Below are positions 37,321-45,354 of a stretch of DNA of 64,000 nucleotides, piece by piece. The DNA is from an uncultured Gammaproteobacteria bacterium (GTDB taxonomy: Bacteria; Patescibacteriota; Microgenomatia; Levybacterales; UBA12049): NCBI GenBank assembly GCA_964408485.1, contig CAYOZJ010000002.1:69235-133234 (forward strand). The letters are read 5' to 3'. The notes under the pieces were generated by a model. The model did no database searches, was not told the origin of the DNA, and saw only the letters and a program-made list of their open reading frames with translations. Each line of letters opens with the position of its first letter. Position 1 is the first letter of the stretch. The position numbers and the translations under genes were made by a program.

Positions 37321-37502
37321 TGTGGTCTGTGTGAGATTTTTCTTGCATGTAATTCTCTAAAAATTGCTTCCATGCCTCCTCGTTCTCTCGTAGCGACTGT
37401 TTCTATTGGTGACCTTGTTTCACCAGCTAACATTTTTTGAGCAGTCCTTCTTTTTGCTCGGGTAATCTTTGCTTCTTGGGTTTTACTTCGCAATTCGGTC
37501 AT
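37317..37502 (-). CDS. hypothetical small basic protein
   Basis: 61 aa, Arg/Lys-rich. Confidence 0.25.
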   Translation of the reverse strand: MTELRSKTQEAKITRAKRRTAQKMLAGETRSPIETVATRERGGMEAIFRELHARKISHRPH

Positions 37503-37556
37503 CTGTCTGAGTATGAAGCAATAGAATGTCCTGTCAATGTGTCAATAAAAAGATAG

Positions 37557-38300
37557 CTATTCTGATTTCTTCTTCCAATTTACGGCCTTAATAAGTGGAG
37601 CAAAAAGATCTTTATCCGGAGGATAAGTAACTGACTCTCGCTCTTCCTTTGTGGGTTTTCTTTCAACAAAAGTAATATCAGGAATATCAATAATAACAGC
37701 TAAAGGTTGTTGTTCTTTACCTTCACCCATGGTAAAGCCTGCTGCAATAGACAAGCCATCAACGAAATTTGTCTGTGTATATTTCATTTCTTTTCCAAAA
37801 ATATCTTTTGTCCCAATGTAATTTTTTATAGGCATAAATCCACACCAGCCAAGTCCAACACTTACAGAGCCATTGCGAAGGGGAAGATAGGTGCTGTCTG
37901 CAATAATTACGCCAACATGGTTTAGGCCGTACGTTTTACGCAGGAATTTCCATATTCTTTCAGCAGAGACAAAAGAATCTTTTGGAAGAAGGACATAAAC
38001 CCTATCTGCATTAGACTCATCAATGCCAGCCCAATACATAACAATATTGTCCTTGATGGTGAGTATACTTTGCCATTCTTTTGGCCAATCAGGATTACTC
38101 AGATATCTATCTGCTTCTTGATGGATTAGTTTTTCTTTATCTTCTGTAAGTGGTGCAACGCGGCCTTCTGTAATGCTGACAATCTTAGATGTAATGACAA
38201 CAATAGTGTTTTCTTGAAGTTGAGGAAGAGAGTCGTTAAGAATTTCCTCAAGCTTATCTCCTATAACGATCTTTTTTGTTTTAATTGGTGTTATTAGCAT
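37557..38300 (-). CDS. CofE-like (F420-0:gamma-glutamyl ligase family) protein
   Basis: IKTKKIVIGDKLEEI...VVITSKIVSITEGRVAPL resembles the CofE N-terminal signature (AQKIVSKAEGRVV). Confidence 0.45.
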   Translation of the reverse strand: MLITPIKTKKIVIGDKLEEILNDSLPQLQENTIVVITSKIVSITEGRVAPLTEDKEKLIHQEADRYLSNPDWPKEWQSILTIKDNIVMYWAGIDESNADRVYVLLPKDSFVSAERIWKFLRKTYGLNHVGVIIADSTYLPLRNGSVSVGLGWCGFMPIKNYIGTKDIFGKEMKYTQTNFVDGLSIAAGFTMGEGKEQQPLAVIIDIPDITFVERKPTKEERESVTYPPDKDLFAPLIKAVNWKKKSE

Positions 38301-38393
38301 AGAAGAAAATTGCTCTATTGCTGAATTACTAAATTGTTCTAGAAAAACAATATAACAATTTAAGAATTTAACAATTAGTATAGTGAGATTGCT

Positions 38394-39101
38394 TCACTTC
38401 GTTCGCAATGACGAATCACTTTTTAACCAGCGGACGCCGAGATACACTAGTGGTGTTTCAATAATAGACATAAAGCAGCGAAGAAGCCAATAGGGAAGAG
38501 CTATGCCTGCAATAAAGGAAATATTTGCTCCAAAGGATACATTGAGGGCCCAGAATGCTAGCGTCATAAAGATTGCTGTATCAAAAAACTCAGAGACAAA
38601 ATTACTTACATTTGTCCTGAGCCAGAGGTTTTTCTTGCCTAATTTTTGCCTCATTTTCGCAAAAATAAATACGTCAGAGAATTCAGAAATCGCAAATGCA
38701 ATAAGGGATGCTGCAGAAAAACGAATGGATATACCAAAGATTGTGTTGTACGCATTATTTGTTGAAAGAAATCTGGTGCTTGGAGGAAGGGAGGTCGCTA
38801 ATATAGAGAAAAGAAGTAAGAAAAAAATCATAAAAAGACTACTTCTGACAATGCTTTGTGCGCGGGCCTTGCCATAGACCTCTACAATAATGTCATTTGC
38901 TGCGTAAATGAATGGCAAAATAAAAATAACAACAGTTGCATTAAGGTGAAATGTACCAAGAGTTGCGATAGGAAATGTTTTAGCACCCATGACTTCGGAA
39001 ATAATTACGCAGGTAATATAAAATGCTGCAAGGAGGTCAAATTTCTGGATATTTATCATGATGTAGAGCATGATACGGGAAGTATATGAGGCTGTCAACA
39101 T
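38394..39101 (-). CDS. YhhQ/DUF165 family queuosine-precursor transporter-like membrane protein
   Basis: Polytopic. PFIYAANDIIVEVYGKARA resembles the YhhQ/VUT family core. The last 10 codons and the stop derive from a repeat element. Confidence 0.5.
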   Translation of the reverse strand: MLTASYTSRIMLYIMINIQKFDLLAAFYITCVIISEVMGAKTFPIATLGTFHLNATVVIFILPFIYAANDIIVEVYGKARAQSIVRSSLFMIFFLLLFSILATSLPPSTRFLSTNNAYNTIFGISIRFSAASLIAFAISEFSDVFIFAKMRQKLGKKNLWLRTNVSNFVSEFFDTAIFMTLAFWALNVSFGANISFIAGIALPYWLLRCFMSIIETPLVYLGVRWLKSDSSLRTK

Positions 39102-39183
39102 GGTAAATTACTATACAAAGTGGGTCAGATTGATACATTGTATTTTAATAAGCGGGTCGTATAATTCAACTTGTTGAAAGGGG

Positions 39184-39405
39184 GTGAAAAATATGGCAAC
39201 ATCAGAAGGAGATTCATATCTTGTTTACGATCTTAAGCGAGGGGGTGAAATGGTAACTGTTTGGAGACCAACAGCTCCTAAAAACGGCCCAGGATATTCT
39301 GCGCAAGAAGCAGGTGTGCAGATTGCAGCTGCAATTCATCAAGGGAAAAGAAATGCGAGAATAGAGGTTGTTCGCCCAGCAGATACAAGACGTTTAAGGG
39401 TATAA
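39184..39405 (+). CDS. small hypothetical protein (dispersed small-protein family candidate)
   Basis: 73 aa, SD AAAGGGGGTGAAAAATATG. Motif EMVTVWRPTAPKNGPGYS. Confidence 0.45.
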   Translation: MKNMATSEGDSYLVYDLKRGGEMVTVWRPTAPKNGPGYSAQEAGVQIAAAIHQGKRNARIEVVRPADTRRLRV

Positions 39406-39446
39406 GTCCAATTGTTTTGAACTAACGAACAGGTTATACTTGTTTC

Positions 39447-40727
39447 ATGCCTAGAATAGCCCTGGTTCACGATTATATTAAAGAATACGGTGGAGCGGAA
39501 AGGGTACTAGAGACTTTGCATGAAATGTATCCCAATGCACCTGTATTTACCCTAGTATATTGTCCAAAATTCTTAGGACCACATAAAGATAGATTTAAGA
39601 ATTGGGATATCCGCACATCATTTCTTCAGTCTATCCCTTTTAAAGAAAAATTTATTAGCATCTTTCGGCTTTTTGCCCCATTTATTTTTCCATTTTTCAA
39701 CTTTGCTGGGTACGATGTAATCATTGTAAGCGCAACAGGGGCATATAGTCCCAACGTAGTTGGGACAAGAGGTAAGAAGGAAGAGGTAAGAAGTAAGGAA
39801 AGTGACCATACGCCATACGCCATACGCCATACGCCGTATCACATCTGCTACTGCCACACGCCGCCCAGATATTTGTATGGATACGCAACAGCTAGAGAAC
39901 TAAAAAAGAATTCTCTTATTCGATTATTGGCAGAATGGATGAATAAATGGCTTGTGCGAGTAGACAAAAAGTCCAGTAAAAATGTGGATTTGTATATTGC
40001 CAATTCAGAAGAAGTACGAGCACGAATTAAGAAATTTTATAACAAAGATGCAATTGTTGTGTATCCACCAGTTGATGTTCCTTCAGTGTCATTCCTGCGA
40101 AGGCAGGAATCCAGGAAAGGAACTGGATCCCGGATCGGAGTCCGGGATGACAATTTTTATCTAGCAGGCGGGCGTCTTGCCAGGCCAAAGCATTTCGATT
40201 TAATCATCAAGGTAGCAAATGAATTAAAGTTGTCCCTCAAGATTTTTGGGAAAGGATTTGCAGGGTATGGAGAAGAGCTGTATGATTTGGCAAATAGACT
40301 ACAGCAAGCAGACTACAGTAAAGAAGCTGTAGTCGGTAGTCCGAAAGCTGTAAGCGTTATTACGTTTTTGGGAGAAGTAACAGATGAAGAAAAAATACAT
40401 CTTATGTCCGGTGCTAAAGCATTTATTATGAGTAGTGAAGATGAGGATTTTGGCATAACACCAGTTGAGGCAATGGGGGTTGGGACACCGGTGATTGCAT
40501 ATAAGAGTGGTGGACTTAAAGAAACAGTTATTGATGGCAAGACAGGAGTATTTTTTGACATGTTATCTGCAGAAAGTCTAATTGGGGCAATAAAGAAGTT
40601 TGAAGCCCTTCGACAAGCTCAGGGTAAAAGACTGTCTGAGAATTGTATTGCGCAAGCGCAAAAATTTAGCAAAGAGAACTTTGAAAAAGGAATTCGTTCT
40701 GTCATCTCTAAAATCTTGTCATCCTGA
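39447..40727 (+). CDS. glycosyltransferase family 4 (GT1-fold) with multiple in-frame repeat insertions
   Basis: MPRIALVHDYIKEYGGAERV N-terminus and C-terminal EDFGITPVEAMGVGTPVIA (E-x7-E region). Inserted peptides EEVRSKESDHTPYAIRHTPYH and SFLRRQESRKGTGSRIGVRDD. The stop lies inside a GTCATCCTGAG repeat. Confidence 0.8.
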   Translation: MPRIALVHDYIKEYGGAERVLETLHEMYPNAPVFTLVYCPKFLGPHKDRFKNWDIRTSFLQSIPFKEKFISIFRLFAPFIFPFFNFAGYDVIIVSATGAYSPNVVGTRGKKEEVRSKESDHTPYAIRHTPYHICYCHTPPRYLYGYATARELKKNSLIRLLAEWMNKWLVRVDKKSSKNVDLYIANSEEVRARIKKFYNKDAIVVYPPVDVPSVSFLRRQESRKGTGSRIGVRDDNFYLAGGRLARPKHFDLIIKVANELKLSLKIFGKGFAGYGEELYDLANRLQQADYSKEAVVGSPKAVSVITFLGEVTDEEKIHLMSGAKAFIMSSEDEDFGITPVEAMGVGTPVIAYKSGGLKETVIDGKTGVFFDMLSAESLIGAIKKFEALRQAQGKRLSENCIAQAQKFSKENFEKGIRSVISKILSS

Positions 40728-40942
40728 GCTTGCGAAGGATATATTCTTCACTTTGTTTAGAATGACAAAGGAAAAAGATTTCTCACTTCGTTCGAAATGA
40801 CACTCTTCTTACTTATTTCTAACCTCCTCTTACACAATATTAATTGTAATTTCATTTAAGAGTTCTATCCTGTCAGGAAGCTGTTGGGGAATCGTTGGCC
40901 ATAGGTCAAGTTAAAGATTCTCTGCAGGAATATAATTAGCTT

Positions 40943-41143
40943 ATGGCAGAAGATTTATTTTTCACCCCAGACATGGTATTTGATCCTAAAGCACTCGACA
41001 TACTTCTTCCTCCTCAGCCTTATACTGCTGAGTCTTCCCCAATTGTAAAAGTACAAAACGTAGCGCCTATTGGGCAGGAAAAACAAAGAAGAAAACCTCG
41101 CGAAAGATCCAAGCCAGCGAAGCGCCTGCGAATGGCAACCTAA
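40943..41143 (+). CDS. hypothetical small protein
   Basis: 66-aa ORF, weak support. Confidence 0.2.
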   Translation: MAEDLFFTPDMVFDPKALDILLPPQPYTAESSPIVKVQNVAPIGQEKQRRKPRERSKPAKRLRMAT

Positions 41144-41328
41144 GGCTGACAAAAAACTGACAAAATAGTTTAAAAATAGATAAATTTAGCCTCAGAAGTC
41201 CTCTTGACATCCCGTAGTAAAGGGAGTACTATTTCTTCTATTGTTATTGTTTTGGACGATAAAGTTGAAGCAAGGTACTGCCTACTCCTAATTTCTTCGT
41301 CAAAACTCTGAGGAGGTGAATTTATTTT

Positions 41329-41514
41329 ATGTCAGAAAGAAAAGATGGATATGACTACGGAGCAGATAGCGGAGATGATAATCTTGCTCGTGTACAAAGA
41401 CAGGTAGAAGAGGGCAGACGCCCAGTTATATTAAGAAGTCCACGAGATGGAAGTGTAACTGTAGTAACAAGAGTTATTCACGATTTACCAGGTCAGTCAA
41501 AGAAAAAAATCTAG
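41329..41514 (+). CDS. small hypothetical protein (dispersed small-protein family candidate)
   Basis: 61 aa, strong SD GAGGAGGTGAATTTATTTTATG, followed by terminator. Motif GRRPVILRSPRDGSVTVV. Confidence 0.5.
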   Translation: MSERKDGYDYGADSGDDNLARVQRQVEEGRRPVILRSPRDGSVTVVTRVIHDLPGQSKKKI

Positions 41515-41538
41515 TTAAAACCTGAAGAATTTTATCTT

Positions 41539-41575
41539 ACAACCTCTGATTGAACTCAGAGGTTGTATTTTTATG
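41539..41575 (+). terminator. rho-independent terminator
   Basis: ACAACCTCTGATTGAACTCAGAGGTTGT hairpin followed by ATTTTTAT. Confidence 0.7.
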
Positions 41576-41644
41576 TCTCTTCTTGCTATCTTACTCATTC
41601 TTTGCTATTATTTTCAATTGGAACTAGTAAAATAGTTTCACTGT

Positions 41645-42349
41645 ATGGGATCGAATTATTTAGATAAAATAGTCATATCTATTGGTGGATCCCTTATCGT
41701 TCCTAATGGAGGAATTGATACACAATTTTTGAAGCAACTTAATGACTTCATAAGACAGCAACTGGCAAGTCACCCCGACCGCCAGTTTTTTTTGGTAATA
41801 GGGGGTGGAGGGACAGCCAGACAGTATCGTGATGCAGGAAAAGATTCAGTAAAGAATATTACTGAAGAAGATTTGGACTGGCTTGGTATCCATGCGACTC
41901 GCCTTAATGCTCATTTAGTCCGTACTCTTTTTGCAGATATAGCCCACCCAACCATTATTGAGCATTATGATGTCATACGAAAAGTGGAAGAGCCAGTCGT
42001 TGTTGCGTCAGGTTGGAAGCCTGGTTGGTCAACTGACTTTGATTCAGTCCTTCTCTGCGAAGACTACAGCGTAAAAACAGTCCTCAACCTCTCCAACATC
42101 AAACAAGTTTACACAGCAGATCCTAAAAAAGACCCAAATGCCAAACCAATTGACCATATTTCCTGGGCAGATTACAGGAAAATGGTTGGAGACGTGTGGA
42201 CACCTGGGCTTAATGCGCCATTTGATCCTATTGCTTCAAGAAAAGCAGAAGAACTTGGAGTAAAAACAGTTGTTATGGATGGATTAGACTTTGCAAATAT
42301 AGAAAAGTATTTTGATGGAAAACCCTTTTTAGGGACAGTGATTGAGTGA
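41645..42349 (+). CDS. pyrH: uridylate (UMP) kinase, archaeal-like amino-acid-kinase fold
   Basis: IVISIGGSLIVPNGG and FFLVIGGGGTARQY. Confidence 0.7.
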   Translation: MGSNYLDKIVISIGGSLIVPNGGIDTQFLKQLNDFIRQQLASHPDRQFFLVIGGGGTARQYRDAGKDSVKNITEEDLDWLGIHATRLNAHLVRTLFADIAHPTIIEHYDVIRKVEEPVVVASGWKPGWSTDFDSVLLCEDYSVKTVLNLSNIKQVYTADPKKDPNAKPIDHISWADYRKMVGDVWTPGLNAPFDPIASRKAEELGVKTVVMDGLDFANIEKYFDGKPFLGTVIE

Positions 42350-42510
42350 GCTACAGGCTCACAATTCTTCGAGTGAGGCTAAAGCCGAATCGAGAAGTTC
42401 TCGACTTCGCTAGCGCTACGCTCGAACAATAATAGTCTACTTCCTCTTGCATTTTTGATTTTTCGTACTATAATTGCTTTTTGTTGAGTCGGAATCAGCA
42501 GAAAGAAGAA

Positions 42511-42764
42511 TTATGCCATTTCTAACAAAATCGCACTGTGAATATTTAAGAGAAGATTTAAAAAATGAACAGAACGTTTATGATTCTTGTGCCAACAATG
42601 ATGGAGTTCGCTGGGTACAAGGGAGCTATAAAGATGAAATATCGGGTTGTCAAAGAAGAATACTTGAAAATAATATTATCCCCCTCATAGGAGGACTTAA
42701 TACAAATGGCTGTAATTATGATTTACGAAGAAGTGTGCAAAAAGGCCTTGAAAAGCTTAAATGA
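42511..42764 (+). CDS. small Cys-containing hypothetical protein
   Basis: MPFLTKSHCEYLRE... with 5 Cys. The track ORF is 42474..42764. Confidence 0.3.
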
Positions 42765-42776
42765 TATAATCACTCC

Positions 42777-43997
42777 ATGATCCTCAGGTCAATTCTTCTT
42801 CAGCATTTTCGCAATTATACCCAGGAAAAGTTTGATTTTTCAGAAACTCTCACTCTTATTATTGGAGTAAATACTGCCGGTAAAACCAATCTTTCTGAGG
42901 CAATATATTTACTTGCAACAGGGAAGAGTTTTAAGGCAGGTAATGATACATTTATGATTGCTTTTGGACAAGAGATTGCAAGGGTGGGAGGATTGCTGGA
43001 AGATGTCATCCCCGACCAGATCGGGGATCCAGGAAAAGAACTGGATTCCCGCTTTCGCGGGAATGACAGTAAAAAAAAGGATGACGGTTTGGACAAGACT
43101 AAAATAGAAGTAGTTATCGCCAGTCCTCAGGCAACTGGAGGGAGATTTAGCAAGAAATTTCTTATAAATGGTGTTGGAAAATCGCGGAATAGTTTGCGAG
43201 GTATGCTCCCAATTGTCCTTTTCCGGCCTGAAGAATTGGACATTATTATTGATGGACCAAGTCTCAGGCGCGCATTTCTTAATGAAGTACTTGAGCAGGC
43301 AGATAAAGAATATGCCCAAGCATTATCTGTCTTCGAACGGTCTCTTAGGCAGCGCAATGCGCTTCTTCGTATAGCTCAGGAGACTGGAAAACGAAATAGT
43401 GAGCAATTTGATTATTGGGACGAGCTTCTTATTGAGAGTGGGCAGACAATTACACAAAAGCGTGAAGAATTTTTGGTATTTATCAATTCATCCACTCATG
43501 ATATTTTTCCTTTACAGACTTTTTTCGATAAGAGTATTATTTCTCGCGAACGGTTAGATGGATATGAGATGGCAGAAGTCGGGGCAGGGGTGACCCTTGT
43601 AGGGCCTCACAGAGATGATTTCTTTGTGAACATGGAATATCCTGGTTTTAATCCCAACCCTCATCCCAGCTCGCCGAGGCAAGCTGACCTTCTCCCAAAA
43701 GGAGAAGGAGAACAAGGTGATATCCACTACGTGGATATACGATTTTTCGGTTCGAGGGGGCAGCAGAGACTTGCAGTGCTCCAGTTAAAAATGCTCCAAA
43801 TACAGTATTTGGAAAAGAAACTAGGAGTATTGCCACTTCTTATCTTGGATGATATTTTTTCTGAATTAGATAGTAACCATATTCAGCTTGTTTTGGATAA
43901 CGTGAAAGGATGCCAAATCATTCTAACCACAACGCATAGGGAGTTTATTCCACAAAAGGTATTACGTGAGGCTAGTGTGGTAGAATTAGAGCGATAA
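42777..43997 (+). CDS. recF: DNA replication and repair protein RecF with in-frame palindromic-element insertions
   Basis: MILRSILLQHFRNY, Walker A GVNTAGKTNLSEAIY and C-terminal LILDDIFSELD. Inserted VIPDQIGDPGKELDSRFRGNDSKKKDDG. Confidence 0.85.
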   Translation: MILRSILLQHFRNYTQEKFDFSETLTLIIGVNTAGKTNLSEAIYLLATGKSFKAGNDTFMIAFGQEIARVGGLLEDVIPDQIGDPGKELDSRFRGNDSKKKDDGLDKTKIEVVIASPQATGGRFSKKFLINGVGKSRNSLRGMLPIVLFRPEELDIIIDGPSLRRAFLNEVLEQADKEYAQALSVFERSLRQRNALLRIAQETGKRNSEQFDYWDELLIESGQTITQKREEFLVFINSSTHDIFPLQTFFDKSIISRERLDGYEMAEVGAGVTLVGPHRDDFFVNMEYPGFNPNPHPSSPRQADLLPKGEGEQGDIHYVDIRFFGSRGQQRLAVLQLKMLQIQYLEKKLGVLPLLILDDIFSELDSNHIQLVLDNVKGCQIILTTTHREFIPQKVLREASVVELER

Positions 43998-44093
43998 TTG
44001 TTATATTGTTATCGCTCGCAATGCTCGCTTATTGTTACATGGTTAACAATTTAGCCATATAGCAATTTAGCAATTTTTTAACGCAGTTAGTCT

Positions 44094-44972
44094 ATGCAAC
44101 AATTTGACATAAAACAACTGAAACAGCTTTACATTCCACCAGCTGGATCTCATAAAGGGGACAATGGAAAGGTTATGGTTATTGGCGGAAGTCAGCTTTT
44201 TCATGCTGCATCACTTTGGTCTTTGGAAATTGCATCAAAAATTGTAGATATGGTTTTTTACTCATCAGTTGATGCAAACAATGCACTCGTTGAAAAAGAA
44301 AAGGAAGCATTTAGAAATGGGATTATTGTTCCAAGAAATAAAATTGAAGATTACATTGCAGAGGCAGATAGCGTACTTATTGGGCCAGGATTACCAAGAG
44401 AGAATGGCTACGAGGCAGGCGATGACGATACAAAAATTCTCACCGAAAAACTTCTTAAAAAATATCCCAATAAGCGATGGGTAATTGATGGTGGTAGTTT
44501 GCAGGTGATTAACCCTGACCTTATTCCACAAAATGCTATTCTTACGCCACATCATCAAGAATTTGAAAGACTGTTTGGAAAGCGTCAAGCGTCAAGCGTC
44601 AAGCGTAAAGGAGAGAAAGAGATTGCCGCGGTCGCTAAAGACTCCCTCGCAATGACGGTTGGGGAGATGGCAAAGAAATATCACTGTATTGTTTTACTGA
44701 AAGGTCCAGAAGATGTTGTTTGTTCGGAAAATGAATGTGTAAGAGTTCCGGGAGGTAATGCAGGTATGACAAAAGGTGGAACAGGAGATGTGCTTGCAGG
44801 GCTTACAGCAGCTTTATATTCCCAAAACGCTGACGCATTCTTAGTAGCAACTTCTGCAAGCTATATCAATAAAAAAACAGGTGAGTCTCTTTTTGAAAAA
44901 CAAGGCTATTACTTTAACTCAAGTGATTTAGTGAAGGAAATCCCAGGAGTCATGAAAGAATTACTGCTCTAA
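44094..44972 (+). CDS. ADP-dependent NAD(P)H-hydrate dehydratase / YjeF C-terminal carbohydrate-kinase-like domain protein
   Basis: GDNGKVMVIGGSQLFHAASL and GGTGDVLAG. Carries the insertion KRQASSVKRKGEKEIAAVAKDSLAMTVGE. Confidence 0.75.
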   Translation: MQQFDIKQLKQLYIPPAGSHKGDNGKVMVIGGSQLFHAASLWSLEIASKIVDMVFYSSVDANNALVEKEKEAFRNGIIVPRNKIEDYIAEADSVLIGPGLPRENGYEAGDDDTKILTEKLLKKYPNKRWVIDGGSLQVINPDLIPQNAILTPHHQEFERLFGKRQASSVKRKGEKEIAAVAKDSLAMTVGEMAKKYHCIVLLKGPEDVVCSENECVRVPGGNAGMTKGGTGDVLAGLTAALYSQNADAFLVATSASYINKKTGESLFEKQGYYFNSSDLVKEIPGVMKELLL

Positions 44973-45266
44973 TTTTTCTTTTATTTTGCTTAAATTTATT
45001 GTTATAAGTACTGCAAGAATCGTAATAATCACTGCGTAGATAAGAAGAGAGAAGATGCCGTAGTTTGCGGGGAAGAATTTTTTAATGTAGTCATTCACAA
45101 CGCTTTGAATAACGTTATTCCATGCGAGTGCAGCAACTAATCCAAATCCGCTTGTTGCAAGGGTGATCATTTGCGTAACAATAGCAATTTGCAATTCCTT
45201 TTTTTGTGACTTTGTTGGGATTGGTTTGTCCGATTTTTCAGCCATGCTATAATTGTACCATAACAA
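44961..45266 (-). CDS. small two-TM membrane protein
   Basis: 101 aa with two hydrophobic helices. Confidence 0.4.
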   Translation of the reverse strand: MLWYNYSMAEKSDKPIPTKSQKKELQIAIVTQMITLATSGFGLVAALAWNNVIQSVVNDYIKKFFPANYGIFSLLIYAVIITILAVLITINLSKIKEKLEQ

Positions 45267-45354
45267 ATTATTTGTTTATTTCGAGTTAATGCGTTAACGG
45301 GTTAGATTTCTTAACTCGTGAACTCGTTAGCCCGTTAATATTTTAATAAAAATT

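Noticed and set aside
42815-43357. Minus-strand ORFs inside recF (for example one containing VIPAKAGIQ and one containing SFPRKRESSSFPGSPIWSG).
   Set aside because: Antisense to the conserved RecF frame. These peptides are the typical artefactual translations of the GGATTCCCGCTTTCGCGGGAATGAC palindromic module.
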